Shown here: positions 48,109-59,049 of the stretch, piece after piece
Layout of the letters: each line of letters opens with the position of its first letter
Position numbering within the stretch: the first letter of the stretch is position 1
Source of the DNA: Clostridia bacterium
GTDB taxonomy: Bacteria > Bacillota > Clostridia > TANB77 > CAG-508
Assembly (NCBI GenBank): GCA_022791835.1
Contig: JAAVZW010000027.1
Coordinates: forward strand, 10,112-74,111
Reading direction: 5' to 3'
Length of the DNA stretch: 64,000 bases
Notes under the pieces: generated by a model
The model's database searches: none
Seen by the model: the letters and a program-made list of their open reading frames with translations, nothing else
Told to the model about the DNA's origin: nothing
Made by a program: the position numbers and the translations under genes

Positions 48109-49275
48109 TTATTCCTTCAATTTTCTATACAATTTACTTGTTTTTATAAATATCTTTATTCTTTCTTTAATTCCTGGTTTTTTAAAAAACTTTTCACATA
48201 ATTCTTTATAAGTCATATTGTCTATGTTCTCAAACACAAGTTCCCTTGATTTTGTTCTATCTGGTGATTTGTAAGTACAAATGTTATCCTCAAATACATC
48301 TCTCGATTCTATGTTTTCACAAACTATATTATTCTTTATTTTTTCAAATAGCTCCTGTCCTTTATTAGAATTTATTAATACCATCGATGTTCCCATATCA
48401 TTATCCAATTTCTTATTTATTTTTTCTATTCCCCAGAAATCTGCTAATGTAATATCTCCTTTTCTTGGAAATCCTTTAAATCTACATTCGTAACATGCTG
48501 GTCTCATGAATGCTGTATATTTCAAATATCCTACCATAAAAGAATCTACATATCTATTACCAATATATACTTTTCCATTTTCAAATTCTATTCTTGTTGA
48601 GAAATTATGCCAGCCATGAATTTTGTTCTTAAATTTGACTTTTTTTACTTTAGACCTATACTTATCTTCTAAATTATTTATGTACATTGTAAAAATTTTA
48701 GGAGAATTCATTCCTCTACATATAAAGTCACATGTATATAAGTTGTCATACCCTTTTTTCAAATAATTGTAAAGCCCTGCAACCTGACAAGGACTACCGC
48801 AAAACAATATTTTATTTTTATCATCCAGTTTTGATTTTATTTGTCGATATATATTATTTATATCACTCTGTAAATATTTGGAGCTTCTAATATTTTCTAA
48901 TTCCAATTTATTTTTTGTTAATATATGTTCTACTCTCCACTCTTTATTATATACCGCACCACATACATATCCATTTTCATCAAATACTTGATTAGCAAGT
49001 TCAGAAAATATTCCACCAGATGTGCTATCCAACCTTATATGTTGATTCTGTGTCCATGCAGCATAAACCTTTGGTACACTAAAATTATTCCTAATCGTTT
49101 CATTAATCATTGGGCATATTTTTTCGCATAATCCACATTTTATGCACTTTTTTTCATTAATTTGGGGATATTTGAAACCTTCTTCATCTTCGTGCATTTC
49201 TATTGCATCTTTAGGGCATACATTATAACATGCATTACATCCCATGCACTCTTCCTTTCTATCTATATTAACCAC
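48109..49275 (-). CDS. Fe-S protein of the coenzyme F420 hydrogenase/dehydrogenase beta-subunit family (polysaccharide-pyruvylation-associated)
   Basis: 388 aa, N-terminal 2x4Fe-4S ([24 protein letters not shown]) + FrhB_FdhB_C-like domain. Commonly paired with pyruvyl transferases. Confidence 0.55.
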   Translation of the reverse strand: MVNIDRKEECMGCNACYNVCPKDAIEMHEDEEGFKYPQINEKKCIKCGLCEKICPMINETIRNNFSVPKVYAAWTQNQHIRLDSTSGGIFSELANQVFDENGYVCGAVYNKEWRVEHILTKNKLELENIRSSKYLQSDINNIYRQIKSKLDDKNKILFCGSPCQVAGLYNYLKKGYDNLYTCDFICRGMNSPKIFTMYINNLEDKYRSKVKKVKFKNKIHGWHNFSTRIEFENGKVYIGNRYVDSFMVGYLKYTAFMRPACYECRFKGFPRKGDITLADFWGIEKINKKLDNDMGTSMVLINSNKGQELFEKIKNNIVCENIESRDVFEDNICTYKSPDRTKSRELVFENIDNMTYKELCEKFFKKPGIKERIKIFIKTSKLYRKLKE

Positions 49276-49278
49276 TCT

Positions 49279-50409
49279 CTACACCAACTTTCTAATAATA
49301 CTTAGCATTCTATATAGTACCACATTTTTTCCTATATAATATTTCGTCTTATTTATGATTGTCAATTTTTCTTTATATGCTTTTGTTGTAAGTGATATTT
49401 TCTCATATGGGATTTTATTCTTTTTATAGTATTTTTTTATTAAATTATCTATTCTTCCATCCCACAAATAATCTATTGTTTGTTTACTTAGATTATTTTT
49501 ATAATATTCTACTGTTTCTTTTATTCCATCTTCGAATTTTATTTTAGCATCAAATTCTGGTACTACAGATTTTATTTTTGAATTGTCAAATTCTCTATCT
49601 ATTCCTTTATCACTTCTTAATACCCCCTTATATTCGGGCATTTTTTCTATTATATATTCACTAGGAATCTCCACTATAATTGCTTTCTTATTTAAAGCAT
49701 TCTCTATGCACTGTGTTGCCTCTTTCCATGTTAATGTGTTATCACTGGTAATATGAAATGCTTGTCCATATGCTTCTTCTTTTAAAAACAATCCTACTAT
49801 TCCTACTGCAAAATCTTTTGTCTGTGTCAATGTGCAAGTTGCTTTACCTCCATCCCATAATACTATTGGTTTATTATTTAATATTCTATTTGCTAATGTC
49901 CAATTTTGAAAAGGTATTATAGCATATGGAATCCTCTTTTCACTATATGTAACATATGGTCTTATTATTGTATATTTTTGCTCACATTCTTTATAATTCT
50001 TTCTTAAGGTTTCTTCACATTTAATTTTATCTAAAGAGTACTCCCATTCTACATTATTAGCTTCTGTAGTTTCAGTTATCTTTTCTCCTTTTTTTGTCTT
50101 TCTATATACAGTTGCAGAAGAGATAAATATATATTGACTACAATTATTATTAAATATTTGTAACTTGCTTCTTAGTTGTGATTCTGTATACGACAAAAAG
50201 TCTATCACAACGTCAAAATACATTCCGCTTACTTTTTTCTTAACTTCCTCACTTTTATTTATATCTACGATTATAAATTTCACATTTTGCTCTAATTCTT
50301 TATTGTTATGACCTCTATTGATTATATAAACTTCATGTCCTTTTTTTATACACAATTTAACTATGTCTGTACTAAGTATTCCTGTTCCTCCAATAAATAA
50401 AATTTTCAT
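49279..50409 (-). CDS. NAD-dependent epimerase/dehydratase-family protein
   Basis: 376 aa, GGTGILS Rossmann motif, YxxxK (YSLDK). Confidence 0.55.
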   Translation of the reverse strand: MKILFIGGTGILSTDIVKLCIKKGHEVYIINRGHNNKELEQNVKFIIVDINKSEEVKKKVSGMYFDVVIDFLSYTESQLRSKLQIFNNNCSQYIFISSATVYRKTKKGEKITETTEANNVEWEYSLDKIKCEETLRKNYKECEQKYTIIRPYVTYSEKRIPYAIIPFQNWTLANRILNNKPIVLWDGGKATCTLTQTKDFAVGIVGLFLKEEAYGQAFHITSDNTLTWKEATQCIENALNKKAIIVEIPSEYIIEKMPEYKGVLRSDKGIDREFDNSKIKSVVPEFDAKIKFEDGIKETVEYYKNNLSKQTIDYLWDGRIDNLIKKYYKKNKIPYEKISLTTKAYKEKLTIINKTKYYIGKNVVLYRMLSIIRKLV

Positions 50410-51368
50410 CTAAATTTAACCTTTCTATATAAATTATAAAATGCCTTATTTTTTAGCATCCAATATCTTAAATTCTTTTTATAATTTGTATATACATCTT
50501 TTTCATGTTTTAATATGTCCACAATATATTCATATTTATCATATTGCAAACCTGCCCTTATTCTTCTTCTGTCATATAGTAACTCTATTTCTTCTTGATA
50601 TTTCTTCCATATTTTCATAGGATTCAAAACATTATATAAAATATCTATATGACTTTCAATTTTCTTTAGCTCTTCTTCAAAAGTATTTACTTTAATTTTA
50701 GAATGACTATTCTCTATTATATTATAATTATAAACTATATTATCTACAAATCCACATTTTTGTTCATATAAAATAGGTAACAACAATTGCCAATTTTGTC
50801 CTGCTCTTGTACAATAAATACTTCTTCCATTTATCTTTTGGTCAAAATCCTTCATCCTTACCATAAATGTCCCTGGAAAACAATATGCATTTTTTGCAAA
50901 CATATAATTTTCAAATATATATTCACTTTCACTTTTCTTTGGCTTACCTATTCTAACAGTCTTATTATCCTTTAATATTCTAACCTTTCCTCTTACTATA
51001 TTATAATCCTGATGTTTTTTTAGAAAATCTACTAATTTTTCAATTCCATTATATTCTAAACAATCATCACAATCCATCCAATATAGAAATTCTCCATTAA
51101 CATTAGGTAATGCTGTATTTATAGCTGATGCCTGTCCTAAATTTTCTTGCTTAAAATGTTTATATATAATTCTATTTTCTTTCATTTCTTTTTCATATTG
51201 CACTAATACTTCCTCTGTCTTATCTGTTGATCCGTCATTGACAACAATTAGTTCTATATGCTTATATGTTTGATTTATTATAGACATGAAATACTTATTT
51301 AAAAACTGTTCACCATTATAGCATGGTGTTATTATTGTTACTAGTTCTTTCTCCATTTGTTCTTCCAC
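50406..51368 (-). CDS. glycosyltransferase family 2
   Basis: 320 aa, ...VTIITPCYNGEQFLNKYFMSIINQTYKHIELIVVNDGSTD... GT-A DXD fold. Confidence 0.75.
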   Translation of the reverse strand: MEEQMEKELVTIITPCYNGEQFLNKYFMSIINQTYKHIELIVVNDGSTDKTEEVLVQYEKEMKENRIIYKHFKQENLGQASAINTALPNVNGEFLYWMDCDDCLEYNGIEKLVDFLKKHQDYNIVRGKVRILKDNKTVRIGKPKKSESEYIFENYMFAKNAYCFPGTFMVRMKDFDQKINGRSIYCTRAGQNWQLLLPILYEQKCGFVDNIVYNYNIIENSHSKIKVNTFEEELKKIESHIDILYNVLNPMKIWKKYQEEIELLYDRRRIRAGLQYDKYEYIVDILKHEKDVYTNYKKNLRYWMLKNKAFYNLYRKVKFR

Positions 51369-52908
51369 CTTTTAATTTATTTAATACTTTATTTAATATA
51401 TTTTTTAATACATCTTTTAAATAATTAAATTCTTTATATTTTCTAAATATTATATATATTAAAATACTATATACTAATATAGCTACTATTAAACTTAATA
51501 CAAATCCATATATACCTTCTATTTTAATAAATGAATCTATAGCATATATTATCATTGCAATTGCTATAAATACTACTAAATATGGTATATTATATTTTAA
51601 TATATATTTATAATACTTTTCTATAAAAATATTTTTAAATAAAATATAACTTCTATAATAATTTGGTAATATACTACTTATTATTGTTCCTAGTATAACT
51701 CCCGCTAATCCCATATAGTATGTTAATATTATAGATACTACTATATTTATAATTGATTGCGCAATAGGTACCCATTTGTCTTCATTATATAATCCTGCTG
51801 CATTTCTTGCCATTGCTGATGTTACTCTTAATCCCGTAAAGAAAAAGCTAAATGATATTAGCATAACTACTAATTGTTCTAGCATAAATTTACTTCCAAG
51901 CCATATATTTATAAATCTACTTGCAACTGCTAAAAATATTATACCACAAAAACTATGCATAATGAATGACATGAAGTCAATTTTTTTAAATATTTCTAAA
52001 TTTTTAGATTTATCTTCATTTACCAAAAGATTTCCAAAGCTAGCAGTAATATTATTATATATCATTGTTATAACAGAATTTATCATCGTTATAATTAAGT
52101 TGTAATTAGAGTAAAATCCTACTGTTGCTACATCTATCATTCTGCTTATTATAATATTATCTGTTCCATAAATGCAATACTCTCCTATTTTATGAAACAT
52201 CATTGCTTTCACGTTCTTTTTTATAGTTTTTAATGTTCCATCTTCTAATTTTTGTTTGCTTTTGAAATTAATTTCTTTATACTCTTTAGTTATATATATA
52301 TTAGTTGCAATTTTCTGTGCTATTTGAACAAAAAACTGTGTAATTAAATAAGCAATAAAATTTTTAAAAATTAGTAGTACTATTATTTGTAATGTATTTA
52401 ATAATGTTGTAAATATAATATTAATTTTAGTTAATTTATATGCTTTTTGATCAGCAGTTATTAATATCTCTTTATATGCCGTATAATATGTAGAAACAGT
52501 GTTAATTAGGTACAATATATATATTATATTAAGTTGTGGTATTGAATTATATTCCTTTATCATTTTATCAAGAAAGAAGTATAGTACTACACCAAACACT
52601 AGTACAATAATTCCTATTATCTCATAAACTTTTTTAAAAAAAGTCATTATAGCACTTACTTTGCTATTATCTCCTTCTACTAATGGTTTATATAATCCAA
52701 AACTTATGGCAGAACTTATTCCTAATTCAGCTAATGATAACATAGATAATACATTTGTTAATAAACCATTAACACCTAAATATGTTTCTCCTAAAATTTT
52801 TATAAAAATTGTCCTTGTTATAAATCCTAGTATATTTTTTATCATATACACTACAAAATTAGAACTAACATTAAATAGTGAATTCTTTGTTCTGCTTGTC
52901 TCTTGCAT
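51316..52908 (-). CDS. wzx: polysaccharide flippase (Wzx/MOP family)
   Basis: 530 aa, ~12-14 predicted TM helices. Start may be internal, because the 3' end overlaps the GT2 gene start. Confidence 0.65.
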   Translation of the reverse strand: MQETSRTKNSLFNVSSNFVVYMIKNILGFITRTIFIKILGETYLGVNGLLTNVLSMLSLAELGISSAISFGLYKPLVEGDNSKVSAIMTFFKKVYEIIGIIVLVFGVVLYFFLDKMIKEYNSIPQLNIIYILYLINTVSTYYTAYKEILITADQKAYKLTKINIIFTTLLNTLQIIVLLIFKNFIAYLITQFFVQIAQKIATNIYITKEYKEINFKSKQKLEDGTLKTIKKNVKAMMFHKIGEYCIYGTDNIIISRMIDVATVGFYSNYNLIITMINSVITMIYNNITASFGNLLVNEDKSKNLEIFKKIDFMSFIMHSFCGIIFLAVASRFINIWLGSKFMLEQLVVMLISFSFFFTGLRVTSAMARNAAGLYNEDKWVPIAQSIINIVVSIILTYYMGLAGVILGTIISSILPNYYRSYILFKNIFIEKYYKYILKYNIPYLVVFIAIAMIIYAIDSFIKIEGIYGFVLSLIVAILVYSILIYIIFRKYKEFNYLKDVLKNILNKVLNKLKGGRTNGERTSNNNNTML

Positions 52909-52993
52909 TTTTCCTCCTATAATAGTCTTTTTTCATTATACTATCTATATAATATTTTTGTCAATTGTAATCTCATATATCACTTATATCAAA

Positions 52994-54046
52994 CTATTCA
53001 AATATTTTTTTTAAAAATTCTTTTGACCTTTCTCTTTCTTTTTCTAAAATCTCTTTTGAATTTATATAGTTACAATTAAAGATTTCTTCATTATCTACTA
53101 TTTTATCTATTTTTCTTCTTTCTTGTCCAAACATTTTTAGTAATGTATCTAACCTTGAATTCATACTTTTTACATCTTTTTGTTTACGATCAAAAACAAA
53201 AAACGGCTTATTAAATATAATAGAAAATACACAGGCATGAAACGAATCTGTATAGATTAGCTCTGCATTATTAAATAAATAAACAAATTCATTTGGGTTA
53301 AATGTATAGTATTTTCTTTGTTTTATATTTGTTATATCTATTAACTCTAATTTATATTTTCTTGCTATGTCTTTTATTTCGTCTATATATTCATTTTCTC
53401 CTAAGAAATATAGCAATATATACTTTTTTACTTCAAAATGTTTGGGTTTTATTTCTATATTTTGCCATTCTTTTCTACTCATTAGCAATGTTGGATCTAC
53501 AAGTACTTCTGCCTCTCTATTTGTTAATTCTTTAATAATTTCTCTTCCTCTTTCTTCTCTTGTTGATAAGTATTTAATATTATTTATGCCATTCTTTACT
53601 GTTTGTTTATACTTTTCTTCTATTATTGATACTCCAAAGCTTGCTGCATATGAAATTGATTGTTCATATTTAGCATATGGTAAAAAGTACTTTTCCAGTT
53701 CTTTCATATAGGTATAATTCCAAACTTGGTCACTTCCTACAATAAAATAATCATATTGATTTTTAGCTACACCCAATTCTTTATCGTTTTTTCCCTTTTG
53801 ACTAATATATTTTTCATTGAATTTTTTAAATCTAATTTCTTTAATTCTTTTAGTATGCCATGTTGGCAAGAAGAATTTTATAAAATTCTTTACTACAGTC
53901 TTTATTCTTTCCATTTTTTTTTGTTTAAAGTAAATAGTTTCACATTCAAATCCAAATCTTTTTATAAATTCTTGTAAAGCATAGTTTTGAAGTCTATTAC
54001 CATAATTATTTGTATCATTAATAGTTACTATCGCAATCTTTTTCAT
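52994..54046 (-). CDS. polysaccharide pyruvyl transferase (CsaB/WcaK family)
   Basis: 350 aa, MKKIAIVTINDTNNYGNRLQNYALQEF... canonical PS_pyruv_trans N-terminus. Confidence 0.7.
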   Translation of the reverse strand: MKKIAIVTINDTNNYGNRLQNYALQEFIKRFGFECETIYFKQKKMERIKTVVKNFIKFFLPTWHTKRIKEIRFKKFNEKYISQKGKNDKELGVAKNQYDYFIVGSDQVWNYTYMKELEKYFLPYAKYEQSISYAASFGVSIIEEKYKQTVKNGINNIKYLSTREERGREIIKELTNREAEVLVDPTLLMSRKEWQNIEIKPKHFEVKKYILLYFLGENEYIDEIKDIARKYKLELIDITNIKQRKYYTFNPNEFVYLFNNAELIYTDSFHACVFSIIFNKPFFVFDRKQKDVKSMNSRLDTLLKMFGQERRKIDKIVDNEEIFNCNYINSKEILEKERERSKEFLKKIFE

Positions 54047-54072
54047 TTTATTCCTGCCTCCTTATTAACTAA

Positions 54073-55035
54073 CTATTTTAATTTTATAATAATTCTTAAT
54101 ATTGAATATTGCTTTATTTTCAACAATAATAAAACTATCATATCATATATTGGCATACATCTCAACTTAATATTATCAAATTCTTTTATCTGTGTTATTT
54201 GTTTGCACAATTCTTCGAACTCACTTTTAGTTGCTTTATTGTTTATAGCATTATTTAATGCTGTTTTAGAGCTTTTCATGTATAATTGTGTTATTTGTTT
54301 TGAATATTCATTATTAGATTTTGGATAAATACTTTGCCCGCTTTTAAATACTTCATACATCTCTTTCCAAACATCATCTCTTTTCTTTCTTGATAATGAT
54401 TCTTCTCTACTTATATTATTAAAATAAAGTGCTTCATTAATAAATTGCAAGTTTTCTATTTTAGAAATATACTCATAAACAAAGCAAGTATCTTCACCAT
54501 ATTCTATTTGTTCATTAAATCTAATATTATTTTTGTCTATAATATTTTTATCAAACAACTTTAAATATGGTACAGAATAAAAATTTATTTCGTTTTTTCT
54601 AGTTAAATCTTTTAGTATATCTTTTTTATCCATATATTTACTATTCTTTACCATATATTGTTTTTTTCCCTTATCACTGACTGTAAAATATCCACTTATC
54701 ACTAAATCTAGCTTCTCATATGTCATTAATCGTTCAATATAATTGTTAGCAATATAATCATCACTGTCTACAAATATTATTTTTTTACCTGTAGACTCTT
54801 TTAATCCAAAATTTCTGCTCTGCGAAACTCCTCCGTTTTTTTTATGTATTACTTTTATTCTATTATCAATTTTCATATATTCATCACAAATACTTGCACT
54901 ATTATCAGTCGATCCATCGTCTATTAGTATGATTTCTAATTTTTCATATGTTTGATTAACTATGCTATCTACGCATCTTTTTAAATCTCTTTCATTATTA
55001 TATATTGGAACTATAACAGATACTAATTTTTCCAT
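54073..55035 (-). CDS. glycosyltransferase family 2
   Basis: 320 aa, ...VSVIVPIYNNERDLKRCVDSIVNQTYEKLEIILIDDGSTD.... Confidence 0.75.
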   Translation of the reverse strand: MEKLVSVIVPIYNNERDLKRCVDSIVNQTYEKLEIILIDDGSTDNSASICDEYMKIDNRIKVIHKKNGGVSQSRNFGLKESTGKKIIFVDSDDYIANNYIERLMTYEKLDLVISGYFTVSDKGKKQYMVKNSKYMDKKDILKDLTRKNEINFYSVPYLKLFDKNIIDKNNIRFNEQIEYGEDTCFVYEYISKIENLQFINEALYFNNISREESLSRKKRDDVWKEMYEVFKSGQSIYPKSNNEYSKQITQLYMKSSKTALNNAINNKATKSEFEELCKQITQIKEFDNIKLRCMPIYDMIVLLLLKIKQYSILRIIIKLK

Positions 55036-55061
55036 TATTCACTCCTCTAATTTTCATTTTA

Positions 55062-56045
55062 CTATTTATAAAAAACTCTATTAATTCTTTTTAGTAATCC
55101 ATGGAATCTTACCTTAAAATATTGTAAATTGAATTTGTTTTTTTTAATTTTTGAAAAATTATCTTTATTAATTTCTTCAAACTCAATTTCTTCAAATTGA
55201 TTTGGTATTATCTTATATCTCTCTATATTTAAGTTATTTAGTTTTATTTGCATTTTTCTCAATTGTAAATGAATATACATATATTCATTTTTGATTATTT
55301 GTCCATTCTTGTATATATATCTATAAATCTCCCCATTGTCCCATACAAAAAATGCATTTTCTTTCTTATTTATTATGTACTTCATTTTTGAGAAATCATA
55401 ATTTGTTAATTTAAAATATGCAGATTTTGTATAGATATTAGCTTCATATTCTTTATTTAAAGTTGGAAAATTATAAATATCATAAATATCATTAATACTT
55501 CCTTTATATTGTTCATCAAAAGCACAAATTTCTTTGCTTTTAAACACCTCTTCATATCTATTTTTTCCATGTAATTCTAACATAAATCTTCTATTATTTT
55601 CTATATTATTTTTATATAATGTACAATGTCCTAGAAAAAATACTTTATCATATTTATCTATATCTATGTTTTCTATATATTTTGACAAGTTACCAAATAT
55701 TAGGTCTGTATCACAATGCCCCCAAAAATCATAGTCTTTAATATAATCTTCAAAAATATATCCATAAGCTGGTTTATAGTCACATAATTTGTAGCCTCTA
55801 TCTAAGCTAATTTCAAATCCTAATTTTCTTTCAATAATACTTTTCAGTTCTTTCATTTCCATATAATTCACTAATACATTATTAGGATATTGAAAATCTC
55901 TTTTATCATCTGTAAATATTATCCATGTGTATTTTTGATTTCTTTCACATGAATTTAAAAACAACTGAAAATAATTATTAAATTGTCCAAAATACGGAAT
56001 AATAAATACTACTTTTTTCATAACCATTTTCCTCTTATATAACAT
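55062..56045 (-). CDS. putative glycosyltransferase / polysaccharide biosynthesis protein
   Basis: 327 aa, ...FIIPYFGQFNNYFQLFLNSCERN...HCDTDLIFG..., located within the polysaccharide locus. Confidence 0.4.
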   Translation of the reverse strand: MLYKRKMVMKKVVFIIPYFGQFNNYFQLFLNSCERNQKYTWIIFTDDKRDFQYPNNVLVNYMEMKELKSIIERKLGFEISLDRGYKLCDYKPAYGYIFEDYIKDYDFWGHCDTDLIFGNLSKYIENIDIDKYDKVFFLGHCTLYKNNIENNRRFMLELHGKNRYEEVFKSKEICAFDEQYKGSINDIYDIYNFPTLNKEYEANIYTKSAYFKLTNYDFSKMKYIINKKENAFFVWDNGEIYRYIYKNGQIIKNEYMYIHLQLRKMQIKLNNLNIERYKIIPNQFEEIEFEEINKDNFSKIKKNKFNLQYFKVRFHGLLKRINRVFYK

Positions 56046-56778
56046 TATCTTCTAGTTTGTATACATTTAAGCAATGTTTGACAAACTCTTCATATCCGTC
56101 AAAATATGGCTTAGTTTTTAAAAACTGCTCCTTTGTAATATTAAAGTTACCAGTCAACTGCATTTTGTCTAAAAATACTTTTGATAATTTATTATCTTCT
56201 CTTTTTTCAAAAATCCAAAAGAATTCATCAAACAATTCTTTTTCGGGAAGTTTTGTATATTTTTTATAATACTCTAAAAACATTTCTTCTGCATCTCTTA
56301 AATACTTTTCTTCTCTCTTTTTTGTATATTTTTTTATATCTGAAATAATTCTAGCAGGATTTCCTGCTACAACTGAATTTGATGGTATATCTTTATTTAC
56401 AACTGAATTAGCTCCTATTATGACATTATTGCCTATTGTTACACCTTGCATTATAATTGAATTCATTCCTATGAACACATTATTACCTATTTGAACTTTT
56501 CTTCTACTACCTATTACTCTTCCATCTAATTTTTTAATAACGCTCCAAGAATAATCATGTGTAATAATAACTACACCTCTAGTTATTTCTACATTATCTC
56601 CAATTTTTACTAACCATGGTTTTTGGGTATCTACATAATTTGTATTCGGCTCATAAAAGGTTACATTATTACCTATTTCTATTCCTTTTTTTCTAAGATA
56701 TTTTATATAGCTTTTTGTAGAACTTTTATAACCATATATCAATTTCTTATATAATTTTTTTAAAATCCTGCTAATCAT
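56035..56778 (-). CDS. hexapeptide-repeat O-acetyltransferase
   Basis: 247 aa, ...IGNNVFIGMNSIIMQGVTIGNNVIIGANSVVNKDIPSNSVVAGNPARII.... Confidence 0.7.
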   Translation of the reverse strand: MISRILKKLYKKLIYGYKSSTKSYIKYLRKKGIEIGNNVTFYEPNTNYVDTQKPWLVKIGDNVEITRGVVIITHDYSWSVIKKLDGRVIGSRRKVQIGNNVFIGMNSIIMQGVTIGNNVIIGANSVVNKDIPSNSVVAGNPARIISDIKKYTKKREEKYLRDAEEMFLEYYKKYTKLPEKELFDEFFWIFEKREDNKLSKVFLDKMQLTGNFNITKEQFLKTKPYFDGYEEFVKHCLNVYKLEDNVI

Positions 56779-56780
56779 TA

Positions 56781-57755
56781 TTACACCTTTTTTACCTTTC
56801 TAAGTAATTTGAAAGTTAAATTATATAAATTAATTGTCCTAACAAAAAGATATGCTTGTACTTTTTTTATAAAACTCCATTCACTATAATTAAGTATATC
56901 ATTAAGATACTTCCTTACCTCATTTTGAAATTGTTTTATCTGACTTCTATTACATTTCCCTTTACTTTTCAATACCATATTATAAACTGTCATATTTGCT
57001 GATGCATATGCTGCTTTAACGCACGTCTCCAATTTAGGATATTTCTGTTCTACATATTTCATTTGTTGATATGCCGCTTCTATAAAATCAAAGTTGATTT
57101 TTTTATTTTTAGAAATACTCCCCACCCTTTGCACATAATAGTACAGAGGTTTAGAATGATATACAATATTTGTAGCTTTATCTAGTAATAAATACATTAT
57201 GTAATAATCTTCGCTCAATTTATCTACTGGAAACCTTATGTCTTCAAATAATCTTTTATCATAAATTTTAGCCCATGCAGACATATCAAAATATTTGAAA
57301 TTGTTTAATTCAAATATAGCATTTTCCGAATTCATAACCAAATCTGTGATTTTATCATCATATCTTATATATTTTTTTTCGTTTTCAAATACATAATATC
57401 TATTACATATTGCTATCTCAGCTTTATAATTATTTATAATGTTTAGTAAAGTCTCTATCATATTTGTATCAATATAATCATCGCTATCAATGAAACTTAT
57501 ATACTTACCTTTTGCTATATCAATACCAGCATTTCTTGCTGAAGATAATCCTCCATTTTTTTTATGTATTACTCTTACCCTATTGTCTTTTTGTCCCCAT
57601 TTGTCACATTTTTCACCTGACAAATCAGTTGAACCATCGTCTATTAGAATAATTTCTATATTTGAGTATGTTTGGCTAGTTATTGTTTCTAGGCATTTAT
57701 CTAAATATTTTTCTACATTGTAAACTGGAACTATTAAACTAATTAAATCATTCAT
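56781..57755 (-). CDS. glycosyltransferase family 2
   Basis: 324 aa, ...ISLIVPVYNVEKYLDKCLETITSQTYSNIEIILIDDGSTD.... Confidence 0.75.
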   Translation of the reverse strand: MNDLISLIVPVYNVEKYLDKCLETITSQTYSNIEIILIDDGSTDLSGEKCDKWGQKDNRVRVIHKKNGGLSSARNAGIDIAKGKYISFIDSDDYIDTNMIETLLNIINNYKAEIAICNRYYVFENEKKYIRYDDKITDLVMNSENAIFELNNFKYFDMSAWAKIYDKRLFEDIRFPVDKLSEDYYIMYLLLDKATNIVYHSKPLYYYVQRVGSISKNKKINFDFIEAAYQQMKYVEQKYPKLETCVKAAYASANMTVYNMVLKSKGKCNRSQIKQFQNEVRKYLNDILNYSEWSFIKKVQAYLFVRTINLYNLTFKLLRKVKKV

Positions 57756-57783
57756 TAATATATCTCCTAGCTTTTTTGTTCAA

Positions 57784-58875
57784 TTATTTTTCTTCCTTTA
57801 ATAAAAATAATCTTTTGAATTTTTGCTTTTTTATTCCTATTTCTATATTTTCATCATTACATTTACTTGAAGAAATTACTGAAATTGTAATTAATGATAT
57901 TATCCATCCTAATGACCACGGAAGACTTGAAGCAGTTAGCATATTAGCAAATGCATATGTCATTATTAGAATTGAATATATTTTTTTATCAGCAATTTTA
58001 TAAAAACTCAAAGTAAAAACAAATAGTGCTAAGATATTTAGTTCTAAATAAATTTGTACTAAATCCATCTCTAAATATCTGCCAATTACTAACATACTAG
58101 TGCCATATCCATAGGTCAAATATCCTTTATGTTCCCATAATGATAATATGTAATCTCTTCCTGTTGTCAATTTATATACATCTATATTTGTAAAAATATA
58201 CCCTTGCATAAATTTTGTGTATATAATTGTAGAAATTGTAAAAAATATTGCGAATCCCCATACAAATTTAGCAGAAATTTCTCCTCTATAATCAACTATT
58301 TTTTCTAATATAATTATAGCTATTGCAAATACCATTCCTAGTCTTTTAAATGCTAGTATTGTAAAAATAAATGCAATCAATTTATATGCTTTAAGTTCTT
58401 TGTTATCAATATCTTTATTTTTAATATTAGAGAAATAATAAAAAAATAAAAATAAGTGTAAAAATGGTTCTGCACATAATGAACTTTCAGTGAAACTACT
58501 TGAACTAAAAATTTTAATATTCATCCATTTTGATATGTTGAAAAACTCCATTAAATTGTGATTTGGCTCACAAAAGTATATTACTATTACTGCTATCAAA
58601 GTTAATTTCATAAGGTTTATTATTTCTTTTATGGAAAATATATTTATAAAACAAAATGCATACATTGCTGGCATTAACATTAAGCCTATTTGTACCACTG
58701 TTCTAAAGTCCATCGAATGTTTTGATTCTATTGCTTTAACTATTGATAATATTAAGAATATAAAACTTACACCTAGAATATATAATAATTTTTTTCCATA
58801 AATATGCTTTATTCTTTTGCTTTGATCCTTAACTTTATGTATTTTTATAGCAAGTGTTATTATTCCGAACCACAA
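57784..58875 (-). CDS. wzy: polysaccharide polymerase (Wzy/EpsG-like), polytopic membrane protein
   Basis: 363 aa, ~10 TM segments, no soluble domain. Lies in the locus between the GT2 and priming transferase genes. Confidence 0.5.
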   Translation of the reverse strand: MWFGIITLAIKIHKVKDQSKRIKHIYGKKLLYILGVSFIFLILSIVKAIESKHSMDFRTVVQIGLMLMPAMYAFCFINIFSIKEIINLMKLTLIAVIVIYFCEPNHNLMEFFNISKWMNIKIFSSSSFTESSLCAEPFLHLFLFFYYFSNIKNKDIDNKELKAYKLIAFIFTILAFKRLGMVFAIAIIILEKIVDYRGEISAKFVWGFAIFFTISTIIYTKFMQGYIFTNIDVYKLTTGRDYILSLWEHKGYLTYGYGTSMLVIGRYLEMDLVQIYLELNILALFVFTLSFYKIADKKIYSILIMTYAFANMLTASSLPWSLGWIISLITISVISSSKCNDENIEIGIKKQKFKRLFLLKEEK

Positions 58876-59049
58876 TCATTAAAGCAAGAAAGAAGTATCT
58901 ACTTCTAGAAATAGGATGCCCCATATTATATAAAGTTAAAGTTGTGAGATATATTATTATATATATTAAATATAATACTCCATTTATAAGTTTATCTTTA
59001 CTAAAACTCGTTGCCATTCCCTCCCTCTTTCTCCATTTTACTTATTATT